From: Candidatus Ornithomonoglobus sp.
GTDB lineage: Bacteria > Bacillota > Clostridia > UBA1381
Direction: 5' to 3'
Assembly (NCBI GenBank): GCA_045537455.1
Contig: JAZSPM010000193.1
Coordinates: 1 to 24,000, forward strand
DNA: 24,000 bases
The position numbers and the translations under genes were made by a program. A model generated the notes under the pieces. It ran no database searches, was not told where the DNA came from, and was given only the letters and a program-made list of their open reading frames with translations. Shown here in pieces: positions 8,521 to 17,700 of the stretch. Within the stretch, counting starts at the first letter, position 1; each line of letters begins with the position of its first letter.

Positions 8521-8539
8521 ATGAGCGGAATTGACGAAA
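8521..8539. repeat. right copy of the perfect 19-bp inverted repeat bracketing the recombinase gene
   Basis: atgagcggaattgacgaaa lies 79 bp after the recombinase stop and 75 bp before the -35 of the response-regulator promoter. Confidence 0.9.
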
Positions 8540-8613
8540 TTATATTTTAAGTTCATCTTATTATATTATGTCGTAAATCAATTCTTTTATCATAATATTT
8601 TTGTAAAAAAGAG

Positions 8614-8642
8614 TTGCATTTTAATGTTTCTTGTGATACAAT
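8614..8642 (+). promoter_or_regulatory. sigma-A promoter with extended -10 for the regulator-kinase operon
   Basis: TTGCAT (8614-8619), a 17-nt spacer, then TGaTACAAT (8634-8642). The predicted transcription start near 8650 excludes the upstream in-frame starts at 8614 and 8644. Confidence 0.55.
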
Positions 8643-8676
8643 TATGAAAAAGAGTATTATTGAGAGGATTGGTTTT

Positions 8677-9408
8677 ATGTTGAGGATCGCAATTGTGGAT
8701 GACGAGGAGCATATTTGTGAGCAAGTGGAACGTTTATTACAGGAATGTTCTAAACAGATAAATGTTGACTTCCAAATAGAAATTTTTTATTCAGGTGAAG
8801 CGTTAATTTCAAAGTTAAAAGATGATGAAAAATTTGATTTAATCTTCCTTGATATTGAATTGTATCAATATAATGGTATAGACGTTGGACATTTTATTCG
8901 AGATGAATTGCTTGATGATTCTACTCAAATAGCATTTATATCGGGCAAGAATGGTTACGATAGACTTCTGTTTGAATTTAGACCAATACATTTTATTGAG
9001 AAACCTGCGACGTTGAGTAAAATACAAAACGTAATTACAAAGTATATTCGTATCTATGGACAACAAGGTGATGTGTTTAATTATAAAGTTAACAGAGACA
9101 CTTATTATGCTGATGTAAATAAAATCCTGTATTTCAAAAGTGATGACCGTAAGGTGATAATAGTAAGCAAAGATGATATCGATGAATTTTATTATTCAAT
9201 AGAAAAAATAGCACAGCAGTTAAAGAATAAAGGATTCTTTGTTCCTCACAGGAGTTATTTGGTGAACTATAGATATGTAAAATCTTTTCAGCTTAAGAAG
9301 ATTATTATGACTAATGGTGATGAGATACCGATCTCTGAAAACAGGAGGGCAGACGTCTTAAAAATACAGGTAATTATGGAAAATGGAGGTAAATTCTATG
9401 GACTTTGA
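8677..9408 (+). CDS. agrA: LytTR-family response regulator (AgrA-like)
   Basis: GAGAGGA at 8662-8668 precedes ATG 8677 (MLRIAIVDDEEH...). There is a receiver domain (IFLDIEL phospho-acceptor context). The C-terminal LytTR domain reads ILYFKSDDRKVIIV...FFVPHRSYLVNYRYVKSF...MTNGDEIPISENRR. Confidence 0.85.
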   Translation: MLRIAIVDDEEHICEQVERLLQECSKQINVDFQIEIFYSGEALISKLKDDEKFDLIFLDIELYQYNGIDVGHFIRDELLDDSTQIAFISGKNGYDRLLFEFRPIHFIEKPATLSKIQNVITKYIRIYGQQGDVFNYKVNRDTYYADVNKILYFKSDDRKVIIVSKDDIDEFYYSIEKIAQQLKNKGFFVPHRSYLVNYRYVKSFQLKKIIMTNGDEIPISENRRADVLKIQVIMENGGKFYGL

Positions 9409-10669
9409 TTTGTACACATGGGTTTACCTTATAACAAATCTATTTACGCTTGCAATTGTTCATAGGTTTATGGGAGCTTTTTTTGACGAAATAATTAAGC
9501 CTAAATGGCATATAATTATTTCGTATGCGTTGTACTTTGTTTTTACCAGTGCGATGTATCTAATATGGGATATACCCGTACTTGCGATGATAGTCAACTT
9601 AATACTACTCTTTGTTATAACGTTGAATTATAGATCTAGCTTAAGAAAAAAACTTTTTGTTGTAATATTCTTTTATATTTTTATGTTTGTTACTGAAGTT
9701 ATAGTATGTGCGGTGACGGGATATTTCAATTTTCCTATGTTTAATAGTGGTAATTACAATAATTCAACAGGACTGGTAGTAATGAGATTGGTTGCTTATT
9801 TAGAATCTATAGTTTTTTGTAATATAAAGTCTTTAAGGAAAAATGATATTGTTACTATACCACAATGGATAGCAACATTATTTATTCCAATTTCAACTCT
9901 TGTTATGAAAGTACTTGTTGTTGATTCTGAAAATGCTAGTCAGTTTCAAGTAATCTCATCGACAATAATCATATTTTTGATTAATCTTCTTACGTTTTTC
10001 TTATATAATTCTTTATCTAAAAGTTATGCTAAAGAAAAAGTGACTGCACTAATAAGTAAAGAAAAGGAAATGTACTATAATCAATGTCTTCTTATGCAAG
10101 AAACTAATGAGCATTTACAGGGTTTTCGTCATGAAATAAACAATCAATTTATATCGATGAAGGAGTTAATAAATAAACATATGTATAATGAATTAGATGC
10201 TTTTGTTGAGAAACTTACTGAAAAACTTGAAATAGAGAAAATATACAGCAATACAGGGAATGTTGTAGTTGACAGTATAATCAACTACAAGTTAAATCTA
10301 TTAAATAATGCTGATGTTGTAACAGAAATAGCAGTACCATCTTCGTTAGAAGTTGATATAAATGACATGGTTATCATATTAGGTAATATTCTTGATAATG
10401 CGGTTAAGGCACTTAATGAAAATGAAAAGGATTCAAAGTTGTATTTTAAGTTAGTATATAGTCAAGGAAGATTACTCATAAAAGAAACGAATACCTACAA
10501 AACAAGAATATGTTATGAAAACGGTAAAATTCAATCAAGCAAAGCAGATAAAGCCAATCATGGTTTGGGCTTGAAAAATGTAGAGGATGCTGTTAAAAGA
10601 CATGATGGATATATGGAGATAAATCATAATGACAATATTTTTTCAATAGATATCATATTGTTTGTTTAA
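9398..10669 (+). CDS. agrC: AgrC-like membrane sensor histidine kinase (GHKL, HPK10-type)
   Basis: GGAGG at 9385-9389 precedes ATG 9398, and the start overlaps the regulator stop by 11 nt. The N-terminal half has about 6 hydrophobic helices. The H-box is FRHEINNQF, the N-box is LGNILDNAVKA and the G-box is NHGLGLKNVEDAV. Confidence 0.85.
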   Translation: MDFDLYTWVYLITNLFTLAIVHRFMGAFFDEIIKPKWHIIISYALYFVFTSAMYLIWDIPVLAMIVNLILLFVITLNYRSSLRKKLFVVIFFYIFMFVTEVIVCAVTGYFNFPMFNSGNYNNSTGLVVMRLVAYLESIVFCNIKSLRKNDIVTIPQWIATLFIPISTLVMKVLVVDSENASQFQVISSTIIIFLINLLTFFLYNSLSKSYAKEKVTALISKEKEMYYNQCLLMQETNEHLQGFRHEINNQFISMKELINKHMYNELDAFVEKLTEKLEIEKIYSNTGNVVVDSIINYKLNLLNNADVVTEIAVPSSLEVDINDMVIILGNILDNAVKALNENEKDSKLYFKLVYSQGRLLIKETNTYKTRICYENGKIQSSKADKANHGLGLKNVEDAVKRHDGYMEINHNDNIFSIDIILFV

Positions 10670-10683
10670 CAAATAATAGTATA

Positions 10684-10718
10684 ATGCCTTGTAAGTAAAT
10701 TGCTTACAAGGCATTTTT
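10684..10718 (+). terminator. strong intrinsic terminator after the kinase gene
   Basis: atgccttgtaag-taaattg-cttacaaggcat is a perfect 12-bp stem followed by tttt. Confidence 0.8.
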
Positions 10719-10771
10719 ACTGCAAATAACACAGGATTTCACAGCAATCAAAATAAAATACAATTTTTTAA

Positions 10772-10780
10772 TGCTATAAT
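10772..10780 (+). promoter_or_regulatory. extended -10 promoter element upstream of the AgrD-like ORF (activator-dependent type, no good -35)
   Basis: TGcTATAAT lies at 10772-10780. The -35 position (about 10752-10757) reads aataaa, a poor match as in activator-dependent agr promoters. ACAG-type imperfect direct repeats lie upstream at 10731, 10741 and 10760. Confidence 0.5.
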
Positions 10781-10817
10781 AAACCTGCCAAAAAATATAA
10801 AATAAAGGGGTGTTATT

Positions 10818-10961
10818 ATGAGAAAATTTTTAATTAAATTTAGCGGATTATTTGCAGCATTCGCATTATGTGTTACAACTTTAACTGAGAATTCAACTTG
10901 TTTTTTTTGTGCTCATCAGGAAGAAATGCCTGCTAATTCAAAGAAACTCCGTAAATTTTAA
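10818..10961 (+). CDS. agrD: AgrD-like autoinducing-peptide precursor (47 aa; below the ORF-track size cut-off)
   Basis: My translation is MRKFLIKFSGLFAAFALCVTTLTENSTCFFCAHQEEMPANSKKLRKF. It has an amphipathic leader, a Cys-containing core and a charged tail. The tail Pro lies 6 residues after the predicted cleavage point (CFFCA|HQEEMP), the same spacing as S. aureus CDFIM|DEVEVP. The RBS is AAAGGGG at 10804-10810. The stop overlaps the agrB-like start (TAATG at 10959-10963). Confidence 0.75.
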   Translation: MRKFLIKFSGLFAAFALCVTTLTENSTCFFCAHQEEMPANSKKLRKF

Positions 10962-11542
10962 TGTTTAGGGATATTTCATCAAAATTAACAGACAAGCTTA
11001 TAAGCTTAAAAACAATTGATCCAGAAGATAGAGAAATATATGAATTTGGAATACAGCATATTTTTATTACTATTTTTAATATATCTACAGTTCTACTACT
11101 TGGACTTCTGCTAGGTGATCTTAAGGAGGCTATGATTTTTATTTTTGCTTTTATACCATTAAGGATATTTGCAGGAGGTTTCCACTTTAATTCACCAATA
11201 ATGTGCTACATATTTTCTTCATGCTTTGTAGCGGTAGTTCTTTTGGCAATGAGATATTTAAGCATTCCGCTTCTCATTTACTGCTTGCTATATTGCCTGT
11301 CTGGTATTATAATACTGACTTTTGCACCGGTAGAGGATAAGAATAAGCCTTTGGATCAGCTTGAAAAAAAGGTGTACAGGAAAAGAACGATAATTGTATT
11401 TGTTGCAGAAAATATGATTATGTTGTTATTCTGCTCCTTAAAATTCTACATTGCAGCAAAATGTATTATGGTGTCAATAATTGCTTTAGGATTATTAATT
11501 GTTTTAGGCGTAATAAAAAATTATTTGCTAAGCGTCAAATGA
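10961..11542 (+). CDS. agrB: AgrB-like membrane endopeptidase (AIP maturation)
   Basis: 193-aa polytopic membrane protein. The motif PLRIFAGGFHFNSPIMCY has His and Cys 7 residues apart, as for the catalytic H77/C84 pair of S. aureus AgrB. It is translationally coupled to the AgrD-like ORF. Confidence 0.8.
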   Translation: MFRDISSKLTDKLISLKTIDPEDREIYEFGIQHIFITIFNISTVLLLGLLLGDLKEAMIFIFAFIPLRIFAGGFHFNSPIMCYIFSSCFVAVVLLAMRYLSIPLLIYCLLYCLSGIIILTFAPVEDKNKPLDQLEKKVYRKRTIIVFVAENMIMLLFCSLKFYIAAKCIMVSIIALGLLIVLGVIKNYLLSVK

Positions 11543-11547
11543 TTTTT

Positions 11548-11608
11548 ATCAGTATACATTCGTAATTGGTTGTTATGCATACTGGAAAAGGATGTATACT
11601 GATTTTTT
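11548..11608 (+). terminator. long-loop terminator / possible attenuator between agrB-like gene and toxin gene
   Basis: atcagtatacat (11548-11559) pairs perfectly with atgtatactgat (11592-11603), followed by a T-run to 11608. A third near-copy, atgcatactg (11575-11584), in the loop can also pair with the 5' arm with one mismatch. Confidence 0.5.
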
Positions 11609-11647
11609 ACAAGCAAAAATTAAAATTATTTCTAATGGGGAGGGTAT

Positions 11648-11746
11648 ATGAGAAATTTAAATAATCTCAAAAGAGTAGTAAGCGGTGTTCTTAGTGTTAC
11701 TTTGCTGGCTAACTTTGGAACAATATTTCCGATGAATGCATTTGCC
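11648..11746 (+). other. Sec-type signal peptide of the toxin
   Basis: MRNLNNLKRVVSGVLSVTLLANFGTIFPMNAFA|NEE has a basic n-region, a hydrophobic core and an AFA cleavage-type site. Confidence 0.7.
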
Positions 11747-14700
11747 AATGAAGAAATTGAAGAACAAGCAGACTCTATTAATGAAACAACTGGTCACAGG
11801 TACCAATTAATTGATACATCGATGAGTTGGACCGAAGCTGAGGAGTATTGCGAAAGCCTTGGTGGACACCTTGTTACAGTAAATTCAAGCGATGAGCAGC
11901 AGTTCATTGTTGATAATCTGTTAACAATAGGAACAAAAAATGCATACTTTATCGGTATGTACAGAGATGACATTGATAGTGACTGGAAATGGGTAACAAA
12001 CGAATCTACCGAATTTTTTAACTGGGATGAAGGAGAACCAAGCTATACAGATGATAATTATGTGTATATGTATGGTTCAAATTTCAATTCAGGCAGTTGG
12101 AAAAACACGCAGAACTATGTAGAGGATTCAACTGAATTCTCAACAGCTAATATAGGTTATATATGTGAATGGGAAGCTGAAGAATCTGAAGTTGAAGTAG
12201 AGAGAAGAATGAAGAACTACGCTCTTTTTTCAGCAAGCAGTTCAACAGATTTCAGTTATTCTGGCTGGAAAAGTAATATCATAGGCAATATTTATAGTGG
12301 TTCATCTTTTAAATATGGTGGATCAGAGTTCAGCGTTACAGGAAGGGTTGATACCGTAAATTCTATTTCTGCTGATGGCTGGAAGATAGAAATCAATGAA
12401 AGAAATGAAAACATTGCTCCAGTGGAAATGGAAGATTTTGATAAGGTTATTCATGATAACGCACAGCCCTATGATTATTACGAAGAAAATACTGTGTATA
12501 TACAGGATTTGAATGTAATAGATAAGTCGATAAAGATTTCTGGCGACGTTGAAATCGGCGGAACAACTTTTGAAGGTGATTGCTATATTATTGCCGACGG
12601 AAATATTACATATAATGTTAATGATTTCAATTCTACAGGCAGGGTATTCTTATACTCCCAAAACGGAAATATTACTATAAATGGAACAAACGTTAACATA
12701 AACGGAGGCATTTATGCACCTAATGGTAACGTTTCTTTTAATATATACGAAACAAATCTTAATGGTTTTGTATGGGCTGACAGTATAACATATAGTGGCA
12801 GTATTTTTAATGTAACTGCTAATAATTTTGATATGCTTGAACCGAGAAGTGTAGTTAAGACTTATACTATCGATGCCGATTTTAACGAGGGACAGTTCAA
12901 CGGACTTGGCTTGGATGTTTCTGATGAATTGACTTTAACATCTGGCAATAAAGCAGTTGAAACACCTTCTGAAAGAATATATGGCGATTCGGAAACCGGC
13001 AAAGGAGTAAAGGTTACTTATTCAACAGATAAATCTGCTGTCACAGGTGATGGAGATAATGTTACTGTAAAGTACGGACTTGGCGGATTCGGTGAAGCAG
13101 ATGTAACTGAAAATGCAGTTGATCTTATTATTGTAGTTGATGAATCCGGTAGCATGGCCGGAAATCGTATGACAAATACTAAGTCAGCAGCAAAACAGAT
13201 TATTTCACAAATGAAGGAAGTTGATCGTTGTGCGGTTGTTGGATTTACCGGCAGTTCAAATGTAAAACAGAATCTGACATCTGACAAAGATTTGCTTAAT
13301 AAAGCTGTTGATAAACTTTATGCTAGTGGCGGAACTGCGATTTACTCAGGAATTGATAAAGCACTTGCAATGTTTGATGAACAGAGTGAGGATAGTAGAC
13401 AGAAATATATTATTCTTTTATCAGATGGCGAAGACGGATATGAAGCACGTTCTCTTCAATCAGCAACAACTGCTGGCAATAGCGGAATACGAATTTTCTC
13501 AATGAAAATCGGAAGCGGAACTCTTCAGATGCAGAATATTGCTATCAATAGCAATGGAATATATAAGAATGCACCTACAGCAGATGATATTGTTAAAATA
13601 ATGTCATACTTTGCTTCTGAAGTGTTTAACGTAGCAGGAAGAAACACCACATTTAAGACTACTATCAAGGATATAAATTCTGTTGATATTTCTTCTCTTA
13701 GTCCAGAACCCTCAAAAATAATGGAAAACGACGACGGAAGCGTTTCTGTTGAATGGAATTTTGATAGAATAACTATCGATGAAGAAATGGAAATTAATAT
13801 TCCTTTGACTGTAACTGGCGATAATAACGGATTTGTTGACCTTCTTGAAAATACATCATGCGTCTATTACGATAGAAATGGTAAACCAAATGTAATATAT
13901 GCCGAAGATGCATTTTTACCGATAAGCGATTATGTTGATAATGGTAACTGGACAGTTATTTTTGATAGTGAAAGAGAAACTGTTGAGTGGGATAAAATTT
14001 ACTGGAATGGTAACAGATATGGTGATGGTGAAATTTCAGTATATGTTTCTTCCAGTAATGATGGAGAGAATTTCTCAGAGCCTGTCAAGATTGAAAACTT
14101 TGAACAATTCTCTGGCGTGGTAGGCAGATATGCTAAAATTAGTGTAGATATGAAAGTATCTGCTGATGGAAGAACCCCTGAGTTGTATGACATTACAATT
14201 GTATCAAAGGATGCAGTTGTTACAGATTTAGAAAACAATTCCCCTGTCGCAGAGATTGTTTCAAAGAATAATACTAAAGTTAATGTTCCGATGACAGTTA
14301 GAGCTGATCTTGCAGATGATTGCCTGAAATCAAATATAACTGTTTCATGGGACTGCGAAAGTGACAATTTGAAGTTTTCTAGTTCTTCAGAACTAATTAC
14401 ATCTGTAATTTGTTCCGAAACAGGAAGCTATGAAATAATCTGTACTGTAAATGACGGTGAAAAAACTGTTCAAAGTTCAAAAACTATTGTTTGTGAACCG
14501 GCAGATAGCTATGCAAATATTGATCCTGATAATCAGGACGAGGCTGCAGCACCTGAAATCAATGTTGTACTTCCTAAATATGCTGACAGAAAAGAAACCA
14601 TTAACGCACAGATTGAAAAGCTTAATGATACAGAAATTTCCTGGTATTCTGTAATTTTCAATGGTAATACAGCAGTTGATGTAACTGATGATGGAGCATT

Positions 14701-17700
14701 TTCTCTTGTTATGCCTAATAAAGATGGAACCTATAAGGTTGTTGTCAGAGCATTTGATTGGGCTGGTAAGTCTGATGTTAAGGAATATTCTATAATAGTT
14801 GACAGTACTGTAGCTGCTATTGAAATAAAGCCATCTTCTGAGGAAACAACAATCAATTCAGATGCATATTTCAAAGTATCAGTCGCTGCTGCTCATAAAA
14901 TTAAAGAAATTGTTTATACTTTGAACGGAAAGCAGATTGCCATTCCCGAAGATGGCATTTTACCTGTAGATACCAATGTTGAAGCAGAATATGTTCTTGA
15001 AGCTAATGGTATTACTACATCCGGTAAAACGCTTAAAGCTTCTGCAAAGATTACTGTAATTGAAGAAGATTCAGAAAAGCCTGTTGTTAATATCACTTTT
15101 GATAAAAATAGCTATAACGAGAAACAGAATGCTGTTATAACAGTAAAAGCAACTGATAATGTAGGTGTAACTTCACTTGTTGTATTACTTGATGGTAAGG
15201 AAATCGTTCTTGACGGCAATGGACAGTTTTCGATTACAAATATGAAATACGGTGAATACGTTATTACAGCAAATGCTTATGATGAAGCAGACAATAATGG
15301 TAGTGCTACAAAAACATTAACCGTAAAGGATGTAACAAAGCCTACCCTTTCATTAACTGTTGATAAAACGGAAATAGACGTTGGAGAAACAGTTAATATT
15401 TCTGTTGACGCTGCTGATAACAATGGTGTTGTAAATACAGTATTAACTGTAAATGATAAAGAACTGGAACTTTCAGAAGATAACTCTGTATCTTTCAAAC
15501 CTGATACAGCAGGGACATATACTATAAAGGCTGTAGCATCTGATCCTTCTGGAAATAGTCTTACAAAGAAGGTAACTGTCACAGTTAAAGAAGTTGATAC
15601 AATTGCTCCAATTGTTACTATTTCCTTTGATAAGGATACTTATTTTGAAACTGATGATATTGTAATTAATGTTTCCGCAACAGACAATGTTGGAGTAACC
15701 GATATAGCCTTATTAATTGACGGAACTGAAGTTGAACTTAATGCAGAAAATTCATACACTATAAAAAAAGCTGAATTAAAGAATTATACAATCACAGCTA
15801 AAGCTTATGATGAAGAAACCAATGAAGGAACTGCTACTGAAACTGTTGTAGTAAATGAAGCAAAAGCACCAGAGATTAATGTAACATTTGACAAGGACAT
15901 TTACAATGAAGGCGATTCTTTACAGGGTCTTGTAACAGTTCAGGGTCAGAGCGAAATTATCTCTCTTACAGCAAAAGTGAATAATCAGCCTTTAGCACTT
16001 GAAAACGGTATATTTACACTTAGTAATCTTGAAGCAGGTGAATATACATTTACCTTTACTGCTGAAGATGTAAGAGAAAAGACATCAACAATTAATAAAA
16101 CCATTACTGTTATTGATGAAGAACATAAAGCTGATGAGAGATTGTATGCTGTTGTTGATGGTCTTGTTGAGTATGGTAAATCAGCAATGTACAAGGTTAC
16201 AGCCTCAGATGATATTGATAAGTCTACTATTTTAGTAACCTTAAACGGTGAAAAAATTGAACTGACGGATGAATATACATACGAATTTAAGGGCGAAAAA
16301 CTTTTTACAAATGAATTCATTTTAACAGCAGAAACTGTTGATGGTGAAATTCTTACTGTTAAAAATTCAGTGCTGGTTTACGAAACTGAAAAACCAACTG
16401 TTACAGTAGTTCTTAATAAAGACAAGGATATTCAGGAACATGATGATATTGTAATAACAATAACTGCAGAAGATATTTCCGGAATAAGAAAAATCCAGTG
16501 CTTATATGATGGCGTAGAAATTCCTCTTGATGAAAACGGACAGATGTTCATCAATGATTTTGAAGTAAGACCTCATTCGGTTGTTATAAGAGCATGGGAT
16601 AATTTCGGTAACCTCAGATCATATCTCCTTTCATTCTATGTAGTAGAAACAGAAGTATCAGGCGGTGGTTCTGTTTCTGTTGGTGGCAATACAGAAGATA
16701 CAGAGTCCAAAACATTGATTGCGGATATTTATACACCAATTAATGAAGATGTCATTTCTTGTCCTTCGTATATTTTCGGTCGTGCAGACGGTACAGAATT
16801 TGAAAAATACAGATTGGAATACCAGTCAGCAGCAGGTGGAGATTATGTTCTTATCAGCGAAGGAACAGAAAAAGTAAATAATGGTTCTTTAGGTGAATTT
16901 GATACAACTATGCTCCGAAACGGACTTTATAACATCAAGCTTACTGTATGGGGTAAGAACGGTGAAGTAACCTCTGATGAAATTATTGTTTCTGTTGAAG
17001 GTGAGATGAAAATCGGTAACTTCTCACTTGATTTTCAAGATATGGATCTCAATGTAGCTGGAGCTCCGGTTACAGTAATAAGGGGCTATGACAGCCGTGA
17101 CAGAAACATAAGCGGAGATTTTGGCTATGGTTGGAATCTCTCTACCTGCGGTGTAACTGTTACAAAGAGCTGTGACCTTAGTCGTAATTGGGATATGCAG
17201 CAAAAAGGATATAATATTTCTTACACCCCCACAAAACCTCATATTATATCAGTTAACTGGGGTAATGGCAAAGTTGAGAAATTTGTAATGGAAGCTAAAA
17301 GTGATGGTGCATCAACATTGAAAACAGCTTCATTCACTTTCAAGTCAATGGATGGAAGTAACTCTAAACTTTTCCCAAATATTACAACTGGAGCATGGAT
17401 TTATGAAAACGGGTATTTCTTTAAGTTAGATGAAGAGTGGGATGATATACCTTTTAATCCGGATGTATGGCAATTAAATAAAGCTGATGGTACAAAGTAC
17501 CTTATTAGCTGTACAAATGGAATTTTAGCTTTTGCTGATGCAAATGGAAATCAGATTAAATTTAATAAGGATGGAATTGAAAACTCTGATGGTGAAGAAA
17601 TTTCAATTATTCGTGACAGTAATGACAGAATTACAAGCATTTCATCTCCAACAGGTAAAACAGTTTCATATGAATATGATGAAAATGGAGATCTTGTAAA

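Noticed and set aside
8614-8676. Longer upstream starts given by the ORF track (8614 for the regulator; also 9383, 4689, 7330, 3191 and 23341 for other genes).
   Set aside because: In each case an internal ATG has a properly spaced Shine-Dalgarno sequence. For the regulator, the predicted promoter lies inside the extension. The shorter models were therefore preferred.
10720-10770. Canonical AgrA/LytTR boxes (9-bp direct repeats separated by 12-13 bp) upstream of the AgrD-like ORF.
   Set aside because: I find only loose ACAG-type repeats (ACAGGATTT 10731, ACAGCAATC 10741, ACAATTTTT 10760) with 10- and 19-bp phasing. These are suggestive but not a convincing match, so they are mentioned only as candidates needing footprinting.
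13018-16320. Minus-strand ORFs inside the giant toxin gene (13018-13287, 13999-14367, 14914-15096, 15277-15582, 15985-16320, and also 17024-17242, 19073-19255, 20785-21036).
   Set aside because: They are short, lack ribosome-binding sites and are Ser/Thr/Val-rich mirror translations of the repeat-rich sense frame. The sense ORF is uninterrupted for 10.2 kb with recognisable domains throughout.
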